NCBI GenBank assembly: GCA_965232015.1
Contig: OZ246946.1
Span: forward strand, 245,562 to 309,561
Direction: 5' to 3'
Origin: Vicinamibacteria bacterium
Lineage (GTDB): Bacteria; Acidobacteriota; Vicinamibacteria; Marinacidobacterales; Marinacidobacteraceae
DNA length: 64,000 bases
Numbering within the stretch: the first letter of the stretch is position 1; each line of letters starts with the position of its first letter. A model generated the notes under the pieces. It was not told the DNA's origin. It saw nothing but the letters and a program-made list of their open reading frames with translations, and searched no databases. The position numbers and the translations under genes are program-made. Of this stretch, positions 1-7,555 are shown one piece after another.

Positions 1-409
1 CGTCGTCGAGATCGTCGGGATCGAGAAAGTCGGTGAACCGGGTGCGCAGCCCCCACCGCGCCAGCGCGGTCGAAAGCAGATGCATGGTGCCGTGGTAGGC
101 ATCTTGGGGCGCCAGTACCAGATCTCCGGGGGAGAGGGCGTACATCACCGAGTGGATCGCCGCCGTACCCGAGCCGAACGCGATGCACTCCGCCCCGCCC
201 TCGAGATCGGCCACGACGGTTTCGAGGGCGACCCGGTCCGGATTGCCGCTTCGACCATAGATGAATCCGCCGCGGAGTTCCCCCGAGTCGTCGCGCTCGA
301 ACGTCGTCGAGAGGTGGATCGAGGGCGCCACGGCGCCTGAACGTTCTACCGGCCGTCCGGCGTGAACGCTCCGCGTCTCGATGCGCCGGGAGGAACCGGA
401 TTCACTCAT
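1..409 (-). CDS. Cys/Met-metabolism PLP-dependent enzyme (cystathionine gamma-synthase/beta-lyase family), N-terminal part only; C-terminus runs off the left edge
   Basis: Reverse-strand translation MSESGSSRRIETRSVHAGR...YGRSGNPDRVALETVVADLEGGAECIAFGSGTAAI matches the Cys_Met_Meta_PP N-terminal signature (Y-R-NPT...LE...LEGG...SG). Start codon is the reverse complement of cat at 407-409. Confidence 0.8.
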   Translation of the reverse strand, partial: MSESGSSRRIETRSVHAGRPVERSGAVAPSIHLSTTFERDDSGELRGGFIYGRSGNPDRVALETVVADLEGGAECIAFGSGTAAIHSVMYALSPGDLVLAPQDAYHGTMHLLSTALARWGLRTRFTDFLDPDDLDD

Positions 410-443
410 GGCGGGGATTATCCGCCGTCCCCGTCCAAGCAGC

Positions 444-659
444 CTGTGGACAAAGTCACGCGGCCCGGTTCTCCCGGTAGGGGCTCGAGCGGCGATGCAT
501 CCCGCCTGAACGCACCCCTTCGCTTCGCTCCGGGGCGCTCTTCGTTGCGCATCGGTCGGAATACACCCGGTATTCCTCCCTCGCGCGCCGCCCCCACCGG
601 GAGAACTGGGTCAGCCGCGCGCCTCGCCACTCTCGGTGCTCACGCGACTTTATCCACAG
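444..659. mobile_element. 216-bp MITE-like element, copy 1; terminal inverted repeats CTGTGGACAAAGTCACGCG / CGCGACTTTATCCACAG; non-coding
   Basis: Near-identical ends and internal blocks are shared with the second copy at 42655-42870. It contains the CCCACCGGGAGAACTGG motif. ORFs inside it (362..784) are spurious. Confidence 0.6.
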
Positions 660-864
660 GCTGCAAGGAGAGCGGGGTGAACCGGAGCGGGAGAAACGGT
701 TCCGTCCTACAGGGGTGTAGGTGGGCGTCGCGTGTCGGGCCCGGGCTTCCCTCGTGGGATGCGCATCCCGCCCGCCAGTGGTGACTCCCGTTCGGAACTT
801 TAGTAGCCGGAACACGAGTCGCCGCGCCGGTTCGGGTTCAGTGTAACTGCGGTCCCCGGCCCGG

Positions 865-951
865 TGCCGGGAGCGGGGTTCGAACCCGCACGCCCCTGGA
901 GGGCGGGGAATTTTAAGTTCCCGACGTCTTCCTGAATTCCGTCATCCCGGC
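865..951 (-). tRNA. tRNA-Leu (anticodon TAA), class II with long variable arm; CCA not encoded
   Basis: Reverse complement reads GCCGGGATGACGGAATTCAGGAAGACGTCGGGAACTTAAAATTCCCCGCCCTCCAGGGGCGTGCGGGTTCGAACCCCGCTCCCGGCA. Acceptor stem GCCGGGA/TCCCGGC, anticodon loop CTTAAAA, T-arm GCGGG-TTCGAAC-CCCGC. Architecture is the same as E. coli tRNA-Leu(UAA). Confidence 0.8.
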
Positions 952-2355
952 GTCGGAGCGGTGCTTCCGATGCGGATGATACGAACGCGACCCGTCGCCT
1001 CGGACGCCGGGGGTGAGCCCGATCATCAGATCCATGACGTTCGTGCCGGTGGGGCCGGTCCGGAGGAGCTCTCCGGTGCGGTCGAACACGGTCCACGAGT
1101 CGTTTCGGGCGAGCGCGGCGGCGGGTTCGAGGCCGAGCTCCGACGCGCGCGCCCAGCTCCCCCCGTCCACGACCGCGCCCGCGGCGTCGGTGGGTCCGTC
1201 GGTGCCATCGGTGCCCCCGGCGAGAAGCGCCACACCGGAGGTTCCATCGAGCGCTCGCGCCGCGACCAGCGCGAACTCCTGACTGCGGCCGCCCTGGCCG
1301 TCCCCGGTCACCCGCAGGGTGAGTTCGCCGCCGGCGAGGAGCGCCGCGGGACCGGGGCGAGCCGCGACCTCGGCGAGTCTGGTCGCGAACGCCCGGGCCG
1401 TTCCCCCGACTTCGCCGGTGAGATCCCGGCCGAAGAACTCGACGGGGTAGCCGAGCCGCGCCGCCTCGGCAGCGGCGGCGTCGAGCGAGCGCCGGTTGCT
1501 CGCCAGGATGTGGTGCGGCGGGGCCGATCGGGCGTCGGAGGGCGTCTCCGGGATGCGGCCCGCCGCGCCCGCGTCGAGCCGACGCCGCACCGACTCCGGA
1601 ACCCTTCGGACGAGGTCGTAGCGGGAAAGCACCTCGAGCGCGTCGCCGAATGTCGTCGGATCCGGCGTCAGCGGCCCCGACCCGATGGAGGTCAGGTCGT
1701 CGCCCACGACATCGGAGATGACGAGGACCGCGGCCCGCAGGTCCCTGACGAGCGGCATGAGATGGCCGCCCTTCACCGCCGAGAGGTGCTTGCGGACCGT
1801 GTTGATCTCGTGGATATCGGCCCCGCTCGCGAGCAGGAGTTCGTTGGTCCGCGCTTTCGCTTCGAATCGGATCCCCGAAGCGGGCGCGACGAGCAGCGCC
1901 GAAGCCCCTCCGGTGAGCAGGAACAGGACCCGGCTTCCGGCCGGAACCCGCCGCAGGTCTTCGACGAGACGACGGGTCGCCGCCACCGAAGCAGTGTCCG
2001 GCACCGGGTGGGCCGCCTCTTCGACGGTGACGCCGCGGACCTCCTCGACGTGCCCCCGCTTCACGATGATCCGGCCGGACAGCCTCTCTCCTTCGAGCCC
2101 GCCGGCGATGGCCCGGCCGAGCGCCGCCGCCGCCTTCCCGGCGCCGAATACGAACACCCCCTCTTCGGGCGTGTGCGCCGCGGGGAGGAGCGGCGCGCCC
2201 CCGAGCGTCCATCCGGCGCGCGCCGAGCCACCGAGGCCGCGGGCGAGGATCGGGGCGGGGTCGGCGGCCGCCAGCCCGGCGCGGAGCACCCGGTGGAGAT
2301 CCCGCCGCAGCCCGGGTTCGCCCGGCGTCGGCGCGGCGTCGGCCACGTCGGTCAT
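913..2355 (-). CDS. glycerate 2-kinase (MOFRL family, TtuD/GckA-like)
   Basis: Motifs FVFGAGKAAAAL, LLTGGASALL, GGTDGTDGPTD, TGPTGTNVMDLMI. ATG is the reverse complement of 2353-2355. The C-terminal tail reads about 30 residues beyond the usual family end and overlaps the 5' half of tRNA-Leu. Confidence 0.8.
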   Translation of the reverse strand: MTDVADAAPTPGEPGLRRDLHRVLRAGLAAADPAPILARGLGGSARAGWTLGGAPLLPAAHTPEEGVFVFGAGKAAAALGRAIAGGLEGERLSGRIIVKRGHVEEVRGVTVEEAAHPVPDTASVAATRRLVEDLRRVPAGSRVLFLLTGGASALLVAPASGIRFEAKARTNELLLASGADIHEINTVRKHLSAVKGGHLMPLVRDLRAAVLVISDVVGDDLTSIGSGPLTPDPTTFGDALEVLSRYDLVRRVPESVRRRLDAGAAGRIPETPSDARSAPPHHILASNRRSLDAAAAEAARLGYPVEFFGRDLTGEVGGTARAFATRLAEVAARPGPAALLAGGELTLRVTGDGQGGRSQEFALVAARALDGTSGVALLAGGTDGTDGPTDAAGAVVDGGSWARASELGLEPAAALARNDSWTVFDRTGELLRTGPTGTNVMDLMIGLTPGVRGDGSRSYHPHRKHRSDAGMTEFRKTSGT

Positions 2356-2399
2356 TCGGGCCCTTTCGGAGCGGCGGGATGACGAAGTAGAGTCAGGCC

Positions 2400-2549
2400 A
2401 TGGTTCGGCCACCGGAGGTGAGCGATCCGGAGCCGGAACCGCGGCCGCTCCCGCGGCGTCTCTATGTCGTGCTGGCGTTCGCCCCGATCCTGCTCGCGGG
2501 GCTCGCGCTGGCCGGTCTGATCCTTTTTCACTGCGCGAGAGTATGACGG
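2400..2549 (+). CDS. possible 49-aa small membrane protein (MVRPPEVSDPEPEPRPLPRRLYVVLAFAPILLAGLALAGLILFHCARV) in the divergent intergenic region
   Basis: ATG-to-TGA ORF with one clear TM helix. Weak RBS. No homology evidence. Confidence 0.2.
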
Positions 2550-2586
2550 TCCGGGCGCCCGATCCCGGCTGCGACGGAGGTGTCCG

Positions 2587-3570
2587 GTGTCCGAGCTGTA
2601 TGTAGCCGAAGGAGGTCGGGTCGTCGGCCCGTTTCCGGTGTCGGAGGTCCGCCGCCGCCTCGATTCCGGCCGGTGGGGGCCGGGCGTTCAGGTCTGTCCG
2701 ACCGGCAGCCAGGAGTGGCGGCCGGCGTCCGCCGTCACCGGGCTCCTCGGCGGCCCGGCGCCGCCGCGCCCCCCGCGGTCGCAGCGGATGCACGAGGTGG
2801 ACTTCCGCGTCGTCGGGGAGGAGATGCAGTTCGTCGAGGTCGAGCTCGATCCTCGCGAAGGCGCCATCGCCGAAGCCGGGGCCATGATGTACATGACCTC
2901 CGGGATCGAGATGCAGACGATCTTCGGGGATGGAAGCCAGCGCGGCTTCATGGACAAGATGCTCGGCGCCGGGAAGCGCCTGCTCACCGGCGAGAGCCTG
3001 TTCATGACCGAGTTCGTGAACCGGGGCGCGGGCAAGCAGCACGTCGCCTTCGCCTCCCCCTACCCGGGGAAGATCATCCCCGTGGACCTCGCCGAGATCG
3101 GCGGCCGCGTCATCGCGCAGAAGGACGCGTTCCTCTGCGGCGCGAAGGGCGTCTCCGTCGGGATCGCCTTCCAGCGTCGCATCGGAACCGCGCTGTTCGG
3201 CGGCGAAGGCTTCATCATGCAGTCGGTCGAGGGGGACGGCATGGCTTTCCTGCATGCCGGCGGCACGATCGAACGGCGTGAACTCGGCCCCGGCGAGAGC
3301 CTCCGGGTGGACACCGGTTGCCTGGTCGCGCTCGCTCCCTCGGTGAACTACGACATCCAGACGGTCGGCGGCGTCAAGTCGGCGCTGTTCGGCGGCGAGG
3401 GCTTCTTCTTCGCCCGTCTCACCGGCCCCGGCTGGGTGTGGCTGCAGTCGCTGCCGTTCAGCCGCCTCGCGGGGCGGATCCACCAGGCGGCGCCCCAGAC
3501 CGGCCGCGGCGGCAAGGGCGAGGGATCGCTCCTCGGCCGGCTCTCGGGCGTGGGCTGGGACGGCAACTGA
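2587..3570 (+). CDS. DUF4339 (GYF-like) N-terminal domain fused to an AIM24/TIGR00266-family domain
   Basis: GTG start with GGAGG RBS at 2574-2578. N-terminus MSELYVAEGGRVVGPFPVSEVRRRLDSGRWGPGVQVCPTGSQEWRPA fits DUF4339. The rest (MQFVEVELDPREG...GEGFFFARLTGPGWVWLQSLP) fits the AIM24/DUF124 fold. Confidence 0.75.
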   Translation: MSELYVAEGGRVVGPFPVSEVRRRLDSGRWGPGVQVCPTGSQEWRPASAVTGLLGGPAPPRPPRSQRMHEVDFRVVGEEMQFVEVELDPREGAIAEAGAMMYMTSGIEMQTIFGDGSQRGFMDKMLGAGKRLLTGESLFMTEFVNRGAGKQHVAFASPYPGKIIPVDLAEIGGRVIAQKDAFLCGAKGVSVGIAFQRRIGTALFGGEGFIMQSVEGDGMAFLHAGGTIERRELGPGESLRVDTGCLVALAPSVNYDIQTVGGVKSALFGGEGFFFARLTGPGWVWLQSLPFSRLAGRIHQAAPQTGRGGKGEGSLLGRLSGVGWDGN

Positions 3571-3671
3571 GGCGCGTCATCGCTTCCTTTGGGGCTTCCT
3601 CCGCGCGCTCGTTCGTCGAACGGTTCCGCTGGGACGGCTGGACCCCGGACGAGCGCGCGACGCTCCTGTTC

Positions 3672-4136
3672 GTGGTCACCGGCGGGCGAATCCTGCTGAT
3701 CGAGAAGCACCGCGGGCTCGGCGAAGGGAAGGTGAACGGCCCCGGTGGACGCCTCGAACCCGGCGAGACGCCCCGGGAAGCCGCGATCCGGGAGACCGAG
3801 GAGGAGGTGCTCGTCCGCCCCACTGGAGTCCGGTTCGCGGGCGAGCTGCAGTTCCAGTTCACGAGCGGCTTTTCGATCCACGTCCACGTCTTCCGCGCCG
3901 ACGGCTGCATCGGAGAGCCCGGCGGGACCGAGGAAGCCACCCCGCTGTGGGCTTCGCTCGACCGGATCCCCTATGACCGCATGTGGGAAGACGACGCGGT
4001 GTGGCTGCCGCTCCTCCTGCGCCGGGAGCGGTTCTCGGGACGCTTCGTCTTCGAAGGGGACCGGATGCTCACCCACGAGATCCGGACCGGGGCGGAGATC
4101 GCCGAGCCGGAATCCGACCTCGACGCGCGGGCCTGA
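3672..4136 (+). CDS. NUDIX hydrolase (MutT-like)
   Basis: Nudix box GGRLEPGETPREAAIRETEEEVLV. No ATG is in frame after the upstream stop. GTG at 3672 is the most plausible start, but the in-frame upstream stretch FRWDGWTPDERATLLF looks protein-like. Confidence 0.7.
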   Translation: MVTGGRILLIEKHRGLGEGKVNGPGGRLEPGETPREAAIRETEEEVLVRPTGVRFAGELQFQFTSGFSIHVHVFRADGCIGEPGGTEEATPLWASLDRIPYDRMWEDDAVWLPLLLRRERFSGRFVFEGDRMLTHEIRTGAEIAEPESDLDARA

Positions 4137-4170
4137 CCGGACGCCGGGTCGAGCAGGTCGGAGCCGTCCG

Positions 4171-4647
4171 GTGCGAACTTCCGAGCTGAGCCGGGAGGTC
4201 TGGCTCCCGCGACCGCCGGAGGAGGTGTTCCCGTTCTTCGCCGACGCCGGAAACCTCAATCGGCTGACGCCGCCCTGGCTCCACTTCCGGATCCTCACCC
4301 CGCGACCCATCGAGATGGCGGTCGGCGCCCGGATTGACTACGGCCTTCGCCTCCACGGCCTCCCCATCCGCTGGCGGAGCGAGATCGCCGCGTGGGATCC
4401 GCCGCACGGCTTCGTGGACGAGCAGCGGCGCGGTCCTTACCGGGTCTGGATCCACCGCCACGGCTTCGAGCCCCACCGCGAAGGCACTCTCGTCACCGAT
4501 CACATCCGCTACGCCGTCCCCGGCGGCCCGCTCGTGGACCGGCTCTTCGTCCGTCGCGACCTGCGCCGCATCTTCGACTACCGCACCGCCCAGCTCCGCC
4601 GCCGGTTCCAACGCGTACCGTCCACGGGGCTGCGTGCGCGGTCGTAG
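4171..4647 (+). CDS. SRPBCC-family protein (polyketide cyclase/dehydrase-like fold)
   Basis: EVWLPRPPEEVFPFFADAGNLNRLTPPWLHFRILT... is typical of SRPBCC/COG4276 proteins. GTG start at 4171. Confidence 0.65.
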   Translation: MRTSELSREVWLPRPPEEVFPFFADAGNLNRLTPPWLHFRILTPRPIEMAVGARIDYGLRLHGLPIRWRSEIAAWDPPHGFVDEQRRGPYRVWIHRHGFEPHREGTLVTDHIRYAVPGGPLVDRLFVRRDLRRIFDYRTAQLRRRFQRVPSTGLRARS

Positions 4648-4656
4648 AGTCCATAG

Positions 4657-4678
4657 GCCCATATGCGCTAATATGGGC
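4657..4678. promoter_or_regulatory. perfect inverted repeat GCCCATAT-gcgcta-ATATGGGC immediately upstream of vapB; candidate operator overlapping a TAATAT -10-like hexamer
   Basis: 8-bp arms with a 6-bp spacer, 7 nt upstream of the antitoxin ATG. Confidence 0.4.
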
Positions 4679-4684
4679 TGCCGT

Positions 4685-4930
4685 ATGAAGACCACTGTTG
4701 AGCTCTCCGATCCTCTGGTCGCCAAGGCGAAGGCCTACGCCGCCCGGAACGGCGTCACGCTCCGGTCCCTCATCGAGATCGGGCTGCGGCTCGCGATGAG
4801 GGCGGGCCGGACCCGGGAGCCGTTCCGGCTGCGGGACCTCAGTGTGGGAGGGAAGGGGCTCCAGCCGCAGTACCGAGACGCGGACTGGTCGCGTATCCGG
4901 GAGGCGATCTACAAGGGGCGAGGAGGGTGA
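4685..4930 (+). CDS. vapB: VapB-type antitoxin
   Basis: MKTTVELSDPLVAKAKAYAARNGVTLRSLIEIGLRLAM resembles VapB/Rv0299-like antitoxins. Its stop overlaps the PIN toxin start (GTGA). Confidence 0.65.
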   Translation: MKTTVELSDPLVAKAKAYAARNGVTLRSLIEIGLRLAMRAGRTREPFRLRDLSVGGKGLQPQYRDADWSRIREAIYKGRGG

Positions 4931-5361
4931 TCGCCACCGACACCAACATTCTGGTGCACGCGCACCGCGCCGACTCCGAGTGGCACGAGTCCGCCAGTTC
5001 GCTGGTGCGGTCGCTGGCGGAGGGTCGGGTCGTCTGGGGCCTGCCTTGGCCCTGCGTGCACGAGTTCCTGGCGGTCGTGACCCATCCACGCATCTTCAAC
5101 CCCCCGTCCACGATCGCCCAGGCGGCGGAGCAGGTGGAGGCGTGGCTCGAATCGGACGCGGCGGCGCTCCTCACGGAGTCCGACTTCCACTGGGAAGTCC
5201 TCCGTCAACAGCTCTTGGGCCGAGGGATCCGAGGCCCCAAAGTGCATGATGCCCGGATTGCGGCCCTGTGCCTCGAGCACGGGGTCACGGAGTTCTGGAC
5301 GGCCGATCGGGACTTCAGTCGCTTCCCGGACCTGGCGACCCGCAACCCGTTGGGTCACTGA
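4927..5361 (+). CDS. vapC: PIN-domain VapC toxin
   Basis: IATDTNILVHA N-terminal acidic motif and C-terminal TADRDF. GTG start overlaps the antitoxin stop. Confidence 0.85.
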   Translation: MIATDTNILVHAHRADSEWHESASSLVRSLAEGRVVWGLPWPCVHEFLAVVTHPRIFNPPSTIAQAAEQVEAWLESDAAALLTESDFHWEVLRQQLLGRGIRGPKVHDARIAALCLEHGVTEFWTADRDFSRFPDLATRNPLGH

Positions 5362-5496
5362 CGCTCCGCCCGGCGGCAGGGCGCCGTCCGCCAGCGCCAA
5401 CCGAGGCTCTGATGGGTGGCTCAGCTTGCCCTCCAACGGGCCTTGGTCTTGGGCACGGGGATTGTTCGCGTCATTGTCGTAAAATCTCCGCGTATT

Positions 5497-6687
5497 TTGA
5501 CGACAGTCCCGCGATTCTTCCGTCCACCGCAATCCAGCTTCTTTCTCTTCGGTCCGCGGGGAGTGGGCAAGACCACCTGGGTGCGCTCCGCCTTCCCGGA
5601 CGCCCTCATGGTGGACCTACTCGATGCCGCGACCTACCGGGAGCTTGCGGCGCGACCCGAGCGGCTGGCCGCGCAGGTCGCCGCCACCGGAGCGACGACG
5701 GTCGTCGTGGATGAAGTCCAGCGCCTTCCTGAACTGCTCTACACGGTCCATTCCCTCATCGAGTCCGACCGCGCCCTCCGGTTCGTCCTGACCGGCTCCA
5801 GCATCCGGGCGCTCCGCCGCGCCGGCGTCAACCTCCTCGGCGGCCGCGCCGGCCACCGGGAACTCCACCCGTTCCTGGCCGCCGAGCTTGGCTCTCGGTT
5901 CCGTCTCGACGATGCGCTCGCCCACGGGCTCGTGCCCGTGGTGTCCCAGGCGAGAGATCGGCGCCGGGCCGCCTCCTCCTACGCATCCCTCTATGTGGAC
6001 GCGGAAGTACGCGCCGAGCAGTGGACGCGGAACATCGGCGGGTTCAGCCGCTTCCTCGAAGCGATGTCCTTCTCCCACGCCGCAGAGCTGAACCTCTCCG
6101 CAGTCGCCCGCGAAGCGGGAGTCCCACGCGCCACGGTCAGCGGTTTTCTCGAGATCCTCGAGGATCTCCTGCTCGGGTTCCGTCTCCGCGTCTTCTCCCG
6201 GCGAGCGAAGCGGCGTCTCGCTCGGCGCCCGAAGTTCTTCTTCTTCGACGCCGGGGTCTATCGCGCCTTTCGCCCCACCGGGCCGCTCGATCGCCCGACC
6301 GAAATCGAGGGACCGGCGCTCGAAGGCCTCGTGGTCCAGCACCTCCGGGCGTGGGCGGCCTGCCGGGACGGCAAGGAGCGCATCTCGACATGGCGCACTC
6401 GGGCCGGAGTCGAAGTCGACTTCGTGATCTACGGCCCGGACGAGTTCGCCGCGATCGAGGTGAAGAACAACCGGCGCGTCCGCCCCGAGGATCTGCGTGG
6501 CCTGTGCCGCTTCGGGGAGGACTACCCCGACGCCCGCCGCCTCCTCCTCTACCGCGGCGCAGACCGCCTCCTCACCGACGGCATCTTCTGCCTCCCGGTC
6601 GAGGAGTTCCTCACCGCCCTCCACCCCTCCGGCTCGCTGACCGCGGCCGCCGGCCCACCGGCTGATCAGAGCAGGCGAACGCGATGA
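5497..6687 (+). CDS. AAA-family ATPase (AAA_14 + DUF4143 architecture)
   Basis: Walker A LFGPRGVGKTTWV, Walker B VVVDEVQRL, and a DUF4143-like C-terminus. TTG at 5497 sits about 17 aa before the P-loop. The upstream stretch 5460-5495 is AT-rich with a TAAAAT hexamer and looks non-coding. Confidence 0.75.
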   Translation: MTTVPRFFRPPQSSFFLFGPRGVGKTTWVRSAFPDALMVDLLDAATYRELAARPERLAAQVAATGATTVVVDEVQRLPELLYTVHSLIESDRALRFVLTGSSIRALRRAGVNLLGGRAGHRELHPFLAAELGSRFRLDDALAHGLVPVVSQARDRRRAASSYASLYVDAEVRAEQWTRNIGGFSRFLEAMSFSHAAELNLSAVAREAGVPRATVSGFLEILEDLLLGFRLRVFSRRAKRRLARRPKFFFFDAGVYRAFRPTGPLDRPTEIEGPALEGLVVQHLRAWAACRDGKERISTWRTRAGVEVDFVIYGPDEFAAIEVKNNRRVRPEDLRGLCRFGEDYPDARRLLLYRGADRLLTDGIFCLPVEEFLTALHPSGSLTAAAGPPADQSRRTR

Positions 6688-7514
6688 AAGTGCTGACCTG
6701 GAACGTCAACCGGGCTGGGGAGTCGCGGCGCGGACTGTGGGAGTTCCTTCGGCGCGAACAGCCGGACATCGTCCTGCTTCAGGAGGTTGCGGGGATTCCG
6801 GCGCGCGTCCTCGACGGTTACCACAGTCACCGGGTCGCGCCGAGGTACTTCGACGGCAGAAGGGCACCGTTCTCGACGGCCATTCTCTCCCGGGGCGCCC
6901 TTGATGCGACCCCGTACCTCGGATCGGAGTTGCCGTGGGTGGAGAGGATCCACCGGGAGCGGCGCGGATGGATCATCGAGTGCCGGTCGGTGCTCCCCAG
7001 CGGGGAGAGCATCCGGGTTGTTTCCGTTCATTCGCCCGCGTTTCCCATTCCCGAGAGTGAGCTGGCCGGTGTGGACGTGGCCGGGATCCAACTGACGAAC
7101 AATCCGAAAGTCTGGTTCACGGAGATCCTGTGGGCTCTCCTTCGTAGCACCGGCGTCTCCGCCGATACGCACTGGATCGTCGCTGGTGACTTCAACAGCT
7201 CCGTGAAGTTCGATGACCCGTACGACAGGGGCAATCGCCAGATCATCGAACGCCTGAATGCTCTTGGCTTGACCGACTGTCTGAGTTACTTCCACAGCCG
7301 GGCGGTGCCGACATTCCAGCATTCGGGCAAGTCCGTCATTCATCAGTTGGACTACTGCTACGTGAGCTCTCCGTTGCTGTCGCGCCTTGCGCGGGCGGAC
7401 GTGCCCGGTCAGGACGAGGTCTTCCGGACGCAGCCGAGGCTGAGCGACCATCTTCCGATCGTGTGCGAATTCGACGGAGTCTCTTCCGATCCAGACCGCC
7501 CAGGAGATGCCTGA
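6684..7514 (+). CDS. endonuclease/exonuclease/phosphatase (EEP) family protein
   Basis: MKVLTWNVNRAG...IVLLQEV...WIVAGDFNS...SDHLPIV are the EEP motifs. Start ATGA-overlaps the preceding ATPase. The gene is lower GC than its flanks. Confidence 0.8.
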   Translation: MKVLTWNVNRAGESRRGLWEFLRREQPDIVLLQEVAGIPARVLDGYHSHRVAPRYFDGRRAPFSTAILSRGALDATPYLGSELPWVERIHRERRGWIIECRSVLPSGESIRVVSVHSPAFPIPESELAGVDVAGIQLTNNPKVWFTEILWALLRSTGVSADTHWIVAGDFNSSVKFDDPYDRGNRQIIERLNALGLTDCLSYFHSRAVPTFQHSGKSVIHQLDYCYVSSPLLSRLARADVPGQDEVFRTQPRLSDHLPIVCEFDGVSSDPDRPGDA

Positions 7515-7555
7515 ACAGGCCCTCACCCGGGCCGAGCGCCCGCGCCTCGCTCGCG

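Noticed and set aside
757-770. perfect 14-bp palindrome GGGATGCGCATCCC
   Set aside because: Could be a terminator hairpin downstream of the minus-strand tRNA-Leu, but there is no U-tract and it is 95 nt away. Insufficient evidence to call a feature.
362-784. 140-aa ORF and overlapping minus ORFs inside the 216-bp repeat
   Set aside because: They lie inside the MITE-like element with terminal inverted repeats, which is duplicated at 42655. Low-complexity translation.
961-2382. 473-aa plus-strand ORF, and similar long ORFs 7463..9349(+), 15099..17459(+), 19020..21215(-), 19526..21322(+), 42886..44517(-), 43365..46139(+), 53279..55717(-), 61353..62909(+), 6666..8990(-), 36110..38104(-)
   Set aside because: Antisense or out-of-frame to well-supported genes (glycerate kinase, DUF5107, DUF5916, beta-lactamase-like, acnA, FN3 lipoproteins, fadD). 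Arg/Gly/Pro-rich composition is typical of stop-poor frames in about 70% GC DNA.
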